Part shown: positions 12,121 through 24,480 of the stretch, in pieces
How positions within the stretch are numbered: the stretch's first letter is position 1
Layout: each line of letters begins with the position of its first letter
NCBI GenBank assembly: GCA_013239625.1
Contig: MU053379.1
Location: 132,490-196,489 of the forward strand
DNA: 64,000 nt
Origin: Lama guanicoe
Taxonomy: Eukaryota
Direction of reading: 5' to 3'
The notes under the pieces: generated by a model
Databases searched by the model: none
What the model was told of the DNA's origin: nothing
Seen by the model: only the letters and a program-made list of their open reading frames with translations
Position numbers and translations under genes: made by a program

Positions 12121-12513
12121 GGACCCTATCCTTAATTTAATAATCGTTGGTAGTGCTTGCTTGTAGATGGTTGAGCGATATTTGCTTGATGAAAAATTTT
12201 GTTATGATTAGTTGAGCTTAAAGTGAACCTCTTGAGAAAGGGCCACGTTTTACCATCCTCTGCGGAGTGCTCAGCATCCTGCCTCGAGCAGAGTGGGCAC
12301 TTGCGGCACGATTGCTGCCTTGAGATAGATGTGTCCAAGTTCAATATTTTCTTGCTTTAAGCTGAATCTTTCTTCTCCTCCTCCTTCTCCTCCCTCCTCC
12401 GTTTTCTCCCTCTCTGACTCTTTTAAAGAGACAGCTTGGTGCAATCTGGCTCCGGGCTGCCATTTCTCTCTCCTCCCCTCCCCTCCCCTCCCTCTTTCTT
12501 ATACATGCACAAC

Positions 12514-13402
12514 TGTGACATAATTAGAAACATATATTTGGTCTCTACCCCCAGTTCCTGGCACAGAGCTTCCAAAACCCTTGTAATTTCCTGACTGACA
12601 GCAGTGCTGGGAGCATCTTTTTTGTTCTAAATATTTGATTTTTGACCACAGTTCCTGACACAGAGCCCCTGAATCCCTTGGAATTCCCTGTGTGACAGGA
12701 GCATGTTCTGTTCTAATGAGGCAACTCTGGGCGGGCTTCCCGATGGCTTCTGAACGGGGGCTGGTCACCAGAAAGACCAAGCCATGATTAAAAGCTTGGG
12801 ACTTTCAGCTCCCTCCCTCATCCTCCAGGAAGGGAGAGAGGCTGGAGATTGACTTAATAATCAATTCATGCCTACGCGATGAGGACTCCATAAAAAAAAT
12901 TCCTCAACTATGGGTTTCAGAGAGTCTCTGGGTTGGTGAATATATCCGTGTGCGTGTGCAGGGGTGATGCACCCAACTCCACAGGGACAGAAGCTCCGAG
13001 CTTGGGACGCTATGCACTCCTTTATCTGGCTGTTCATCTGTATCCTTTATCATATCCTTTACAATAAACCAGTAAATGTGTTTCCCTGAGTTCTGTGAGC
13101 CATTTTTGCAAATTATGGAACCTGGGATGGCGTCCTGGGAACCTCTGATTTACAGATGGCTGGTCAGAACAGGTGATGGCCTGTAACAGCACGTGAAGTG
13201 GGGGCAAGCTTGTGTGTGGGGAGCTGACCCTTAACATGTGAGGTCTTGTGGACTCTGGGTAGTCAGTGTCAGAGCTGAATTACACTGTGGGATGCCCTCT
13301 GCAGCTGACATCGGGAGAACTGGAGAATGATTGTTAGTAAGAAGAAAAGCCCTACACATTTAAGATCAGAAGAAATGGTTTTCCTTGAGCTTTTCAGTTA
13401 AC
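12514..13402 (+). mobile_element. MER21-family solo LTR (MER21B-like)
   Basis: Starts tgtgac..atatatttggtctctacccccagttcctggcacagagc; internal ggggctggtcaccagaaagaccaagccatgatt; AATAAA near 13063. Confidence 0.8.
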
Positions 13403-13479
13403 ACAGTAAATAACAAGATTGAAGCAGTGATGAGCAGAAGCAGCAGGTGAGGTATTTACAACAACCCTAATGAGGTCTG

Positions 13480-13700
13480 CACGTGACTGTGATTTTATTG
13501 GTGACAGTCACATGCACAGCCAACGTCGCTGTGGTTTATCAACCTACATTCACGACTGAGTAAAAAGTTAAATTGCTAGAATTTAGTGAAAATAGAGATG
13601 TATTTTCTCCCTATGTATGCTCACAAAACTTCTCCACTTTGTCTAGAAACTTCTGGTGGCAGGAGAAGTCTGTGATCTCCCAGGTTAAAGACCTCTCTTG
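13480..13700 (+). mobile_element. hAT-Charlie non-autonomous element fragment (MER103-like)
   Basis: aaattgctagaatttagtgaaaatagagatgtatttt..cccaggttaaagacctct resembles Charlie-type termini. Confidence 0.45.
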
Positions 13701-13855
13701 TAGAACAACATGTTAAATACATATTTTTTTTCTTTAATGGTCAAATGAATTCTATTTCCTTTTTTTCTTTACCTAAAAAAATTTCAAATCTTCAGAGAAG
13801 TGTCTAAGCTGCTGTCTTTGAGTGAAAGGTCAGGTGGGGAAGCTGAGACCAACAT

Positions 13856-14025
13856 CAGTGGTTCTCAGCCTTAAGCATCGGAATCACCCAGAGGGCTTGT
13901 TCAACCCAGAGGGAAGGGCTTTCCTCTAGAGCTTCCGATTCAGTGGGGCCGGGAGTCAGCGGCTCCAGCAAGTTTCTGGCGGTGCTCATATCGCTGGTCT
14001 GGGAAGCCTCTTGGAGAACCAGCCC
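13856..14025. mobile_element. MER5A-like hAT-Charlie MITE
   Basis: cagtggttctcag..gcatcggaatcacccagagggcttgtt..gattcagtggg..ttggagaaccagc; imperfect terminal inverted repeats. Confidence 0.75.
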
Positions 14026-14199
14026 CTTGTAAGAGTTTGTCCTCCTGACGCTCTGAGGGTTTGAACTGGGCAAGTGACTGTCTTGGAAGGAGAGTTTGGT
14101 GCAGTCCAGGTGAAGCAGGGGAGCCTTGGTGGGTGCTCGTGAGGGTCAGGGGGCTGTGGGAGGAGCAGAGGGGCTGGGCTGTGTGTGGGCGCTGCAGGC

Positions 14200-15200
14200 A
14201 GACCGGGGTGGCAGGCGACTTGGATGTCCTGCCCACATCCCCGGTGCCACCTCAGTTTGCCCGCAGCGGCGGCCTTCACTGTCCGGCATGCTGACGCTGC
14301 CCTGAGCTAGGACTCTCAGCCGCACCAGCAGGGTCTGCTCCGCTGCGCACAGGGAGAGGGACCCCCTCGCGGCAGGGTCCACCCATGCGAGTCCCTGCGG
14401 CTATTCCCAGCCGCCCTGATCTCCCCGCAGCCCACGTGCTTGCCTGCGCTTGAGAGCCGGCTGCCCGCAGCAGGGACCCACTCACTGCATCTCCCTGTAA
14501 GGGCCGTTTGCACTGTTCCTGCCGCACCCACTCCCCACTGCTCCCTGGAATCACCTTCCAAGTAAAACTACCGGTTCCCCAGTGCTTGCTCCGGGGGGCT
14601 GCTCTGGGGGGAAATTCAACCTAAGATGTGCGATCGAATCCGCGCCTGCACTCGCCCTCTGGGTGCCCGGAGTGGGCTGTCTCTCGGCTCCGTTTCCTCA
14701 CCGGTACCTCGGGGACCGCGCTGCCGACCTCCCCGGTATCACGAAGGTGGACCGGGATCTCACTGACGGGGCCCCCGGGCCAGCGCCTGGCGGCGGGCGC
14801 GGGGGCCCAGGGGAGCTTCGTCCGCGCCGCCCTGGGGCTGGCCGCCGTGTGGGAGGAAGCGGGGGGAAGGCAGAGGACGGAAGGAATCTGTCGGGTCGGA
14901 CAGGCAGGCAGGCAGGCGAGGGGCCAGCCGGGTGGGAGCGGGCGGCGGCACCTGCATCCCCGGGGCGCGGCCCTCGGCCTCTGAGGCGGGACTGGCGGCG
15001 AGAGCGCGCGGCGGCCCCGCATCCTCTGAGCCGACCTGCCTGGGCCCTGGGATTTACAAAGCTGCACCCGCGGCGCCTTTCACAAAACAGGTGGGGCTTT
15101 AGCTGTCGGGGTTTGAGCGGAGAAGATTGTCTGCCTCACCGATGCTCTGGCGACGCGCCTCCTGCCTTTCCCCGCCTCCCGCTTCTCATTTCAGGAAGTG
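14200..15200. promoter_or_regulatory. CpG island / promoter and first-exon region of an unidentified gene
   Basis: Very GC- and CpG-rich unique sequence (cgcgcggcggccccgc, ggcggcgggcgcgggg), GC-box-like GGCGGG elements, candidate splice donors on both strands. Confidence 0.85.
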
Positions 15201-16077
15201 GGTTTGCCTCTTTTATTATTATTTTGATCATCTTATAGCAGATATATTAACGAGACGGCTGGCATTCCCTGGTTTGTTTGACCATGGGTCTCTGTTTATG
15301 GTTTGGTTAAAATCCTGCAAAATAGAAAAAGAAGGAAAGAAAAATCTTTTAAATTAATTTCAGAGTTCTGGCTCAGCAGCCTCTCCCCTCCCAGCCAATA
15401 ACTGGATGTTGGAACGGCATCCGGACAGGAGGCACCGCCGGAGAGAGGTCAGTGTGAGTCGCCTCTTCACTCTCCACCCCCTTTGCGTGAATTTTTATGC
15501 AGCTCTGCCCGTGGGGACACGTTTCTAAGCACATTTGCTGCAGGCGGAGGCCTCTGAAGGACAGAAATAGAGCAAGACAGAGGCAGATACTGCGAAGAAA
15601 GCTGCCACGCAAGAGAAACCAAAAACAAATACACATGTAGAGCAGCGAATCAATTTCTTGTAGTTGAAAATAATTTAAAAAGGCAGTATCCATGAGCTCA
15701 CACTCAGTGGAGAGCATCTTTCTCCTGAGGAAACTGTGTGTGTGTGATGTGAGGCTTGGAGCCGTGGACGTGGACGTGGGCTTTGTCCCAGGGAGCCTGC
15801 ACTAGCCAGTGCTGTTCGTCTCTCTGGCTCCTGGAAGAGCAATGGAAACGACAGAGGGCCAGGGAGATCGCAGCCCGTTTCAAATAGACGAGTGGAAGTT
15901 GAGACGCAGACGATTAAAAGCTAAGGCGCTGAGGTGAGCCAGCTCCTCCTTTGACAGATCATGGCTGCCTGTTCCCTCAGCCACGGGCTCTGCCAGGATT
16001 GTGTCCAGGATTCATTGCTGATAAACATTGGGATTTTTTTGCACAGTGCCCCTGGGACCTTGAAAAGATCTTTTCTT

Positions 16078-16179
16078 TTCTTTTTCTTTTTGAAATTATT
16101 TCATTTATTAAAAAAATGAAATTACTGGGAATTGAACCCCAGACCTTGGGCATGCCAAGCATGTACTCTACCCCTCCCC
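16078..16179 (-). mobile_element. camelid tRNA-Ala-derived SINE (vic-1 type)
   Basis: actgggaattgaaccccagaccttgggcatgccaagcatgtactctacccctcccc (antisense B/A boxes); degenerate TSD gaaaa[g/t]atc[t/g]tttctt at 16062 and 16180. Confidence 0.8.
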
Positions 16180-18326
16180 GAAAATATCGTTTCTTATGTA
16201 AATAGTTTTAACCTTCAGATTTCATTGCATGACATCCTTGTTACATAGTGTGTGTGTATATATATGTGCAAGATGTCAAATATCAGATATACAGGTGTGC
16301 ACACACACACAGTGAAGAGAGAGAGACAGAGAGACTCTTAAACACAGAGCCCAGGAAATTGCATTTAATTCAATTGGCCAAAGGAGGCTGTCACTAAAAG
16401 CTTGTGAACAGAGTATTGATAAAAACAACATTTCCTTTCAAGAAGTTTACTGTGGTAATGGATGGCTTAATTATCTAAGAATTGGTAGTACTGGGGTTGG
16501 TGATTACAAGCAGAAAGACTGTCTTGGAAGCTCTTGAAGATTGTCTGGGTAAGAAATAAGGAGAACTCACTCAGCAGCCCCAGGTCTAGTCTTAGACATG
16601 AGTCAACAGCGTGGAGAGACATGGAAGGGTAGGATGACCATGACACGAGATGTCCCCACAGGGGGGTGTGACTAAAGGAGGGAGCCACAGGTAGTTCAGA
16701 AATGCAACGTCTGTCTATCCATCCTTGAGTCAGGACCTCATTAAACGAGCCCACCCCCAGTTATTCATAGCATCGCAAAGTTCTCACACGGATGCTGTGT
16801 GTCCTTCGGCCTCTGCTATCCTAACATTCCCCATACAGTCCGCTCCCACAGGCCCGAGGACTTCTCCCTTACACCACCGGTATGAAGGATCAGTTTTATA
16901 CAGACGTGGTTTATATTATAAAGAAGGCAGCCTTTTAACGTTGAATATACTCTGTTTAAGATGGAATTTGCTCTCACTTTATAAGATCAGCTGAACTAGC
17001 TCAGAGAGAGAGAGAAGACGGCCTCCTCATCTTAGGGATGGGGAGGTGGTACTCTGGAGCACACTGAAGACCTTAACTCTAGCCATGAGCTCCCCAGGGA
17101 TGGCAGGACCTGAGGAGGGAGGCGGGTGTCAGCGTGAATGTCTTTAAAGGCTGGACACTAAGAAATATGGTCTTGGGGAATTGGAGGAAAGAAGCCCCAG
17201 TGGTCTAGCTTGTGGTCCGTGGGATGGACACTTGAGAGGGACAACCTTGTGGTTTTCCTGAGCCAGACTCCTTATTTTCTCGATGTCACATAAAAAAGCT
17301 CTGGGTTCTTTAGGATCCAAAGAGGGGGTGAGGGAGCCCCAATAACATTGAATGGACATCTTACTGGCCTTTGTAAATGGAAGCTGGGAGCCAGGTTTAG
17401 TTTGCTTTAAAGAATCAAGAAATAGGGTGATTCATCTGCCCAAATACTGGGGGCCGTAAACACCTGTCACAATGATTAGAATGCAGGGCTCTGCACTCTT
17501 GTTGGGCTGAGGTTTTTGAGGTGTTTCCTATGGCTGCTTTAAACAACCTCTTTGCTGTGAAACTCCCAGCTTCCTGAGCTGGTTGGTGCTCGGGTGGAAA
17601 TCTACTACAGTCAGTGCCATCAGTGGCTTGGGAAATAGAAGATATGCTGTGGATAATGTTTTTGAGCCCTGTTAAAGGTGTATGTGCATCTAAGATAAGT
17701 TCTTTCTGAGCCTCGCCCATGGCAATTCCACCCCTGCCACACCATTCTGAAGATTAGCATCTAGCACCCCCACATTGGTGTCCTCCCTGTGCTGGGAAAT
17801 ACAAAGTGAGCCAGGATGGGGCTCCTGGATGGAGATGGGGATGAACCCAGAGTGAGTCTGAAGTATTTTCTGAGCCTAATGCAGGTCACTAACCAGAAAA
17901 ATCCCACATTATCCAGTGAAACATGAACAGCCAAGCAGGACACTCAGCATCATTAGCAGGGAAGGCTCAGCCCACGTGCACATCGAGGACGCTGCCACGT
18001 TTCCTTCTTGTCTCAGGAATGCCTTCCGTCTGCTCTCTCTGAGGACACCTGGGGCTGCAAGAGTCAAATTTAAGTGTGACCTGTTCCCGTGGGAAATTAC
18101 TCTCTTTTGAGAATTTTCCTTTCACATGTCCTCTGTATCTTTAGACCTGTACCCAATTTCTTTAAGTCAAGAAGTACATTTTGCACTTTATCATCTGTGG
18201 CATACCTGACATGCTTAGGACATACCTGTGGAATTGATGAAACACAGAGGTTGTCTGTAAATATACCCACAACCCTGTCCTAAACCCATGGCCCCACTGT
18301 GTGAAGAACTTTCATTTAAAGAGCTC
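16143..18326. repeat. tandem duplication B, copy 1 (~2185-bp unit)
   Basis: ORFs recur at +2185 (16467/18652, 17144/19329) and at +2396 after the nested insert (17415/19811, 17916/20312). Confidence 0.97.
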
Positions 18327-18327
18327 A

Positions 18328-20722
18328 ACCTTGGGCATGCCAAGCATGTACTCTACCCCTCCCCGAAAATATCGTTTCTTATGTAAATAGTTTTAACCTT
18401 CAGATTTCATTGCATGACATCCTTGTTACATAGTGTGTGTGTATATATATGTGCAAGATGTCAAATATCAGATATACAGGTGTGCACACACACACAGTGA
18501 AGAGAGAGAGACAGAGAGACTCTTAAACACAGAGCCCAGGAAATTGCATTTAATTCAATTGGCCAAAGGAGGCTGTCACTAAAAGCTTGTGAACAGAGTA
18601 TTGATAAAAACAACATTTCCTTTCAAGAAGTTTACTGTGGTAATGGATGGCTTAATTATCTAAGAATTGGTAGTACTGGGGTTGGTGATTACAAGCAGAA
18701 AGACTGTCTTGGAAGCTCTTGAAGATTGTCTGGGTAAGAAATAAGGAGAACTCACTCAGCAGCCCCAGGTCTAGTCTTAGACATGAGTCAACAGCGTGGA
18801 GAGACATGGAAGGGTAGGATGACCATGACACGAGATGTCCCCACAGGGGGGTGTGACTAAAGGAGGGAGCCACAGGTAGTTCAGAAATGCAACGTCTGTC
18901 TATCCATCCTTGAGTCAGGACCTCATTAAACGAGCCCACCCCCAGTTATTCATAGCATCGCAAAGTTCTCACACGGATGCTGTGTGTCCTTCGGCCTCTG
19001 CTATCCTAACATTCCCCATACAGTCCGCTCCCACAGGCCCGAGGACTTCTCCCTTACACCACCGGTATGAAGGATCAGTTTTATACAGACGTGGTTTATA
19101 TTATAAAGAAGGCAGCCTTTTAACGTTGAATATACTCTGTTTAAGATGGAATTTGCTCTCACTTTATAAGATCAGCTGAACTAGCTCAGAGAGAGAGAGA
19201 AGACGGCCTCCTCATCTTAGGGATGGGGAGGTGGTACTCTGGAGCACACTGAAGACCTTAACTCTAGCCATGAGCTCCCCAGGGATGGCAGGACCTGAGG
19301 AGGGAGGCGGGTGTCAGCGTGAATGTCTTTAAAGGCTGGACACTAAGAAATATGGTCTTGGGGAATTGGAGGAAAGAAGCCCCAGTGGTCTAGCTTGTGG
19401 TCCGTGGGATGGACACTTGAGAGGGACAACCTTGTGGTTTTCCTGAGCCAGACTCCTTATTTTCTCGATGTCACATAAAAAAGCTCTGGGTTCTTTAGGA
19501 TCCAAAGAGGGGGTGAGGGAGCCCCAATAACATTGAATGGACATCTTACTGGCCTTTGTAAATGGAAGCTGGGAGCCAGGTTTAGTTTGCTTTAAAGAAT
19601 CAAGAAATAGGGTGATTCATCTGCCCAAATACTGGGGGCCGTAAACACCTGTCACAATGATTAGAATGCAGGGCTCTGCACTCTTGTTGGGAAAAAACGC
19701 TCTGGGTTCTTTAGGATCCAAAGAGGGGGTGAGGGAGCCCCAATAACATTGAATGGACATCTTACTGGCCTTTGTAAACCTGGGAGCCAGGTTTAGTTTG
19801 CTTTAAAGAATCAAGAAATAGGATGATTCATCTGCCCAAATACTGGGGGCCGTAAACACCTGTCACAATGATTAGAATGCAGGGCTCTGCACTCTTGTTG
19901 GGCTGAGGTTTTTGAGGTGTTTCCTATGGCTGCTTTAAACAACCTCTTTGCTGTGAAACTCCCAGCTTCCTGAGCTGGTTGGTGCTCGGGTGGAAATCTA
20001 CTACAGTCAGTGCCATCAGTGGCTTGGGAAATAGAAGATATGCTGTGGATAATGTTTTTGAGCCCTGTTAAAGGTGTATGTGCATCTAAGATAAGTTCTT
20101 TCTGAGCCTCGCCCATGGCAATTCCACCCCTGCCACACCATTCTGAAGATTAGCATCTAGCACCCCCACATTGGTGTCCTCCCTGTGCTGGGAAATACAA
20201 AGTGAGCCAGGATGGGGCTCCTGGATGGAGATGGGGATGAACCCAGAGTGAGTCTGAAGTATTTTCTGAGCCTAATGCAGGTCACTAACCAGAAAAATCC
20301 CACATTATCCAGTGAAACATGAACAGCCAAGCAGGACACTCAGCATCATTAGCAGGGAAGGCTCAGCCCACGTGCACATCGAGGACGCTGCCACGTTTCC
20401 TTCTTGTCTCAGGAATGCCTTCCGTCTGCTCTCTCTGAGGACACCTGGGGCTGCAAGAGTCAAATTTAAGTGTGACCTGTTCCCGTGGGAAATTACTCTC
20501 TTTTGAGAATTTTCCTTTCACATGTCCTCTGTATCTTTAGACCTGTACCCAATTTCATTAAGTCAAGAAGTACATTTTGCACTTTATCATCTGTGGCGTG
20601 CCTGACATGCTTAGGACATACCTGTGGAATTGATGAAACACAGAGGTTGTCTGTAAATATACCCACAACCCTGTCATAAACCCATGGCCCCACTGTGTGA
20701 AGAACTTTCATTTAAAGAGCTC
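18328..20722. repeat. tandem duplication B, copy 2 (contains nested 211-bp duplication)
   Basis: Junction ..tttaaagagctc-a-accttgggcatgcc..; ends ..tttaaagagctc at 20722. Confidence 0.97.
19477..19902. repeat. nested tandem duplication (215 bp + 211 bp)
   Basis: aaaaaagctctgggttc..ctcttgttggg (19477-19691) is repeated as aaaaaacgctctgggttc..ctcttgttggg (19692-19902). Confidence 0.95.
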
Positions 20723-20946
20723 CTTTCAGCCGTCTCTTGTCCTGCGCGGTTAGTGTTGTCACCTCTGCTGAAGAGGAAAACTAGTTTCAGATCAGAAATA
20801 AACAGGAAGCATTTTCTTTTCTTTTCTTTTCTTTTTTTCACTGAAAGAGAAACAAGTCTGTCAACCTTGGTACCCTTTAATTCTTTAACTAAGATGTAGT
20901 AAGATGTAGCTTTATCCTGTAGAATGCTGGGTTAATTTTTTAAAAA

Positions 20947-20947
<1 letters not shown>

Positions 20948-20982
<35 letters not shown>
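20948..20982. repeat. (CA)n microsatellite
   Basis: Perfect acacac.. run. Confidence 0.95.
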
Positions 20983-20984
<2 letters not shown>

Positions 20985-22700
20985 AAAAAACCTCCAGTCA
21001 TCTAAATGGTAAAATTATTTGCTTAGGATCTTATACCAGGATCTCTGAATAAAAACCTTGAGATTCTGCACCATGTCCTGGAATTCGTTTTGCAGAAGAG
21101 GGAGTAGATAATTCTGCACTGGTCCAGAGAACATCTTAGAATAATGAGTGGGAGTTATTTTAGGAGGTGTCCTTAAATCCAATATGTGAAAGAACTTTCT
21201 TTTAAAGAATGACATAACTGCATATTCATAATACACTCTATATTTTTAAAAACCCCAGTTTCTAGAGCAGTCTTTATGGTATGATGCTGTTTTTATCAAA
21301 AAGAAAATGTGCATATGTGCACAGTAAAAAAAAGTTCGATAGGACAGAGTTTAAAATGATAACGGTGTGTGCTTCTTTCTCTTTATTCATCTATGTTTTC
21401 AGATGTTTATCCACGAGCCTGCATTTCTTGTGTCATAAAAATAATAGTGTGGAAAAAGTAAGAGGATTTATTAAAGGTTAGAGCTGTTCAAAGATGGAGC
21501 AGGTTCTAAGGCAATAAAGCCCCAACACCAGAGGTAATGAGCAGAGAGAAGGGTGATTGACAGAAATTCCAGAGAAGGGGAGCCTTCCGCTTAGTTGCTG
21601 CTGGGAGAAGATGGGCTCTAATTCCCAGCTCAGCCCCGGGGTCTGTAACTTAGAATTCCTCTCACATGGGCTATATTTTTCAAAGCCAATTATAAATATT
21701 CAGACAGTCATGGGTCCTGGTCACTTGAAGTGAAGAGACAGCTAGGGTATTTTTAACCAGTGTTAAATCTCGGACATCCACAGTATGTATTTTTTCCAAC
21801 GTGAGCGAAGTGAAAAAGGTACCATTTTGTGCAGAGGCTGGGCCGGTTGCATAGTGACTGTCAGCGCCCCCAAACAGACCTGCGTCCTCCTGGCAGCCCC
21901 CTTTCATCACCCCTGATGTAAGCCACGCTAGCAGCCTCTTGATGGCAAATTGCTAACTTCTCTACGAAGTAAGTAAAATAATTGTTAAATAAAGGATAAC
22001 CCAGATTTTCCTGACATGATCCAGTCTATCCTTTTTTTTTTTTTAACCTGAAAGCATTTTAACTGGCAGTGATCTTCCTCTCTAGGCAGGCTCTAAGAAA
22101 GAAAGAGAAGGTCCCATGACAGGGTCTGTCCATGGAGAAGCCATTAGAACATCAGTTCAGCCCCTTTGGCAGCCGCAAACACCTTCCTCTAGAAACGAGA
22201 AAAAGCTATTTGTAGAGGATTGAAGCAACGCTTCCTCACGGGGCAGATAGGAGCTGAGGGACCTCTGCAAGAGAGAGAGTTTAACCATTTCGTGGGTCTC
22301 TCGAACCTTACGTGGTGGCGTGAAAGGAACTCTGAATAGAAACACGCTCTCATAAAGCCCCAGAGAAGGAAGAAAAGGCACAGAATACCGCATATGTTTT
22401 CTTCCCATTCCTTTTTTTTTTCTTCAGTGTGTTAGGCTGGCGGGACTGGGCGGGCTGGCTCCGCACCTGCCGTTCCCTTAGATGCTGGGCAGTCCTCGGC
22501 TTGTCCTGAGTTATCGATCAGAAATAATGAGGAGGTTGGCAGTTGCCACTGTGCAGAACACAGCCAGCAGACAGGGCATCTCTCCTCAAGTAAACTCACA
22601 CTTATTCTGGGAAGATCTCATGAGAAAAAAATATGAAGTTCAACTAATGAGAGATATTTTCTGCAGCATAGTTTTCTTTGCCATTTTTTTTAACCTCTAG

Positions 22701-22798
22701 GCAAGAAGGGGAGTCTGACACAGTTTTTGTTAATTATGGGATTTTTGTCAGCATCTTGTGTCTGCTTTTGACATTGGGCTTTCCAACGGCACGGGACG
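22701..22798 (+). other. candidate non-coding (5'UTR) exon
   Basis: Strong polypyrimidine acceptor ttttctttgccattttttttaacctctag|G and donor gacg|GTGAGG; unique sequence; its only ATG is followed by an early in-frame stop. Confidence 0.3.
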
Positions 22799-24379
22799 GT
22801 GAGGCCTCAAAGCTCACAACAAGTTTAACTACGTACCATGTTCATCGATTGCCCTAAACCAGCGTTCTGAGCTCGAGCTGCAGTCCTTCAGCATATCGAA
22901 GTCTTTGTAGGTGGTTCATTTTCCATCCTCCCCCTCCATGCATGATGTATTGCACAGACAGAGGGCATCACAGCCCAAAGGAACGTGCCCCTTTTAAGTA
23001 AAAAACACGTTACCACCTTACAGCATCAATTATTTCACATCGTTGTGCTTCCTTCTGGTCCTTATCTGTATTGCATGTGGCGCATATGTATTTTACAGAG
23101 GTACCTGTAGAATAACCCAACGATCATTGCTTTTATCTTCTGCAATTTTCAGTGAACTCTGTGTCATAAACACCTTTTGTGACTCGTCATGGTTGTGTAA
23201 CTATGTGACGTAACACCATAGGTAGGATGTACCTTAACTTCCCGAGGCTGCTCTTCTTATTGAACTTCTAGGTCATTTTATATTCCTGCTATTCTAGATT
23301 TGATATAAAACATTCTCTGTTTACATTTACTAAAGATACAAACTATCCCTTGAGTCCCTAATGGGTTAGTAGGGGTGCCACTTGCTGTGTGGTTGTTTGC
23401 CAGTGTCCTGACACATGATTATAACGCCACTAGCTTGTGTGTGAGGCATCCGCTTTCTACTGATTGGCTTTCTGGGAAGCTAGAATTGAAACACGGTGCC
23501 GTGAGGGCCACTTATGTCTGAAAATGAAGTTCATTTGAAAAAGCAATTTAAGAAAATCCAAAAGGACCTTGATTAACTAGAACGCTTGAGTAGAGAGTGT
23601 TCAAGTTAATTGAATCCCCTGGTATTTGCTACTGCTGTTTTTATTAGCTTATGTTTATAGAGAGGTTAAAAAAACTATTTCCATGATATAAAGCTTTAAA
23701 TTATGTAACTCAGGGTTGATAAAAAAAAAAAACTTGTTCCTTCTTTCTCTTGGGTCCCAGCATTGTGTATGAAATGTGTATCATGGCCTGTGTCTCAGTG
23801 GGGCCACCAACTGCCTGTTGCATGGTGAGTGTAATTCCACCTCTTTGAGAGGGTGCCTCGCAGACTCTCCTGGTGTCATTCTGAATGCAGTGAGGGTGTA
23901 ACATTGTCCACGCAGCTGGAGTAGAGACCCCAACATGGTGGGACTTGGGGATTATCTACAGGACCCGAGGCACCCTTCTGCAGGTATGACAGTTTCAACA
24001 AAATTCCAGATGTGAGTATTTGGGTCTGTCTGCTTGCTCTTTCTCATCACAGTGGATTGCCCTGAAAATTCTAGATAACCAAGGACTTCATCATTTAAGA
24101 TCCACTTCTTTTTTAATATCACTTTGTGGTTATATTTAAAGTCCTATTGCATATACTCTTGGATTTTTGTTTTTTGGGTTTTTTGAAACAGCCAAAAGCA
24201 GTTGATACTGAAAACATTCACTGGTCTTAGTCTTGGTTTTGCTGTTAACTTGCTTAGCAGGACTGCATTAAGTAGCAAAGTGAGGACATTCGGTTTACTG
24301 TCATTCTTCTGCTAACTTGTGTCGCTACATTGTGCTAGGATATGTGCTAGGTGATCAGAACACAGAGATAAAAGACAAT

Positions 24380-24480
24380 GTGTGAGGCAATTTGGTGTGA
24401 CGGTCAAACAGACCAGGGCTTGAATCCCAGCTTTGCCGTTTATTGGGAAAACTTGGGAAGATTCCTCGGCCTCCCTATCT
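24380..24480 (+). mobile_element. MIR fragment
   Basis: gtcaaacagaccagggcttgaatcccagctttgcc..ttgggaag resembles the MIR core. Confidence 0.55.

Noticed and set aside
14582..15238. 218-aa ORF and overlapping long ORFs in the CpG island
   Set aside because: GTG start, G/P/R/A-rich, and several frames on both strands are open, as expected from stop-codon scarcity in GC-rich DNA; no recognisable domain.
5231..20722. CRISPR-like or programmed repeat array
   Set aside because: Eukaryotic DNA; the repeats are two-copy kilobase duplications with no repeat-spacer structure.
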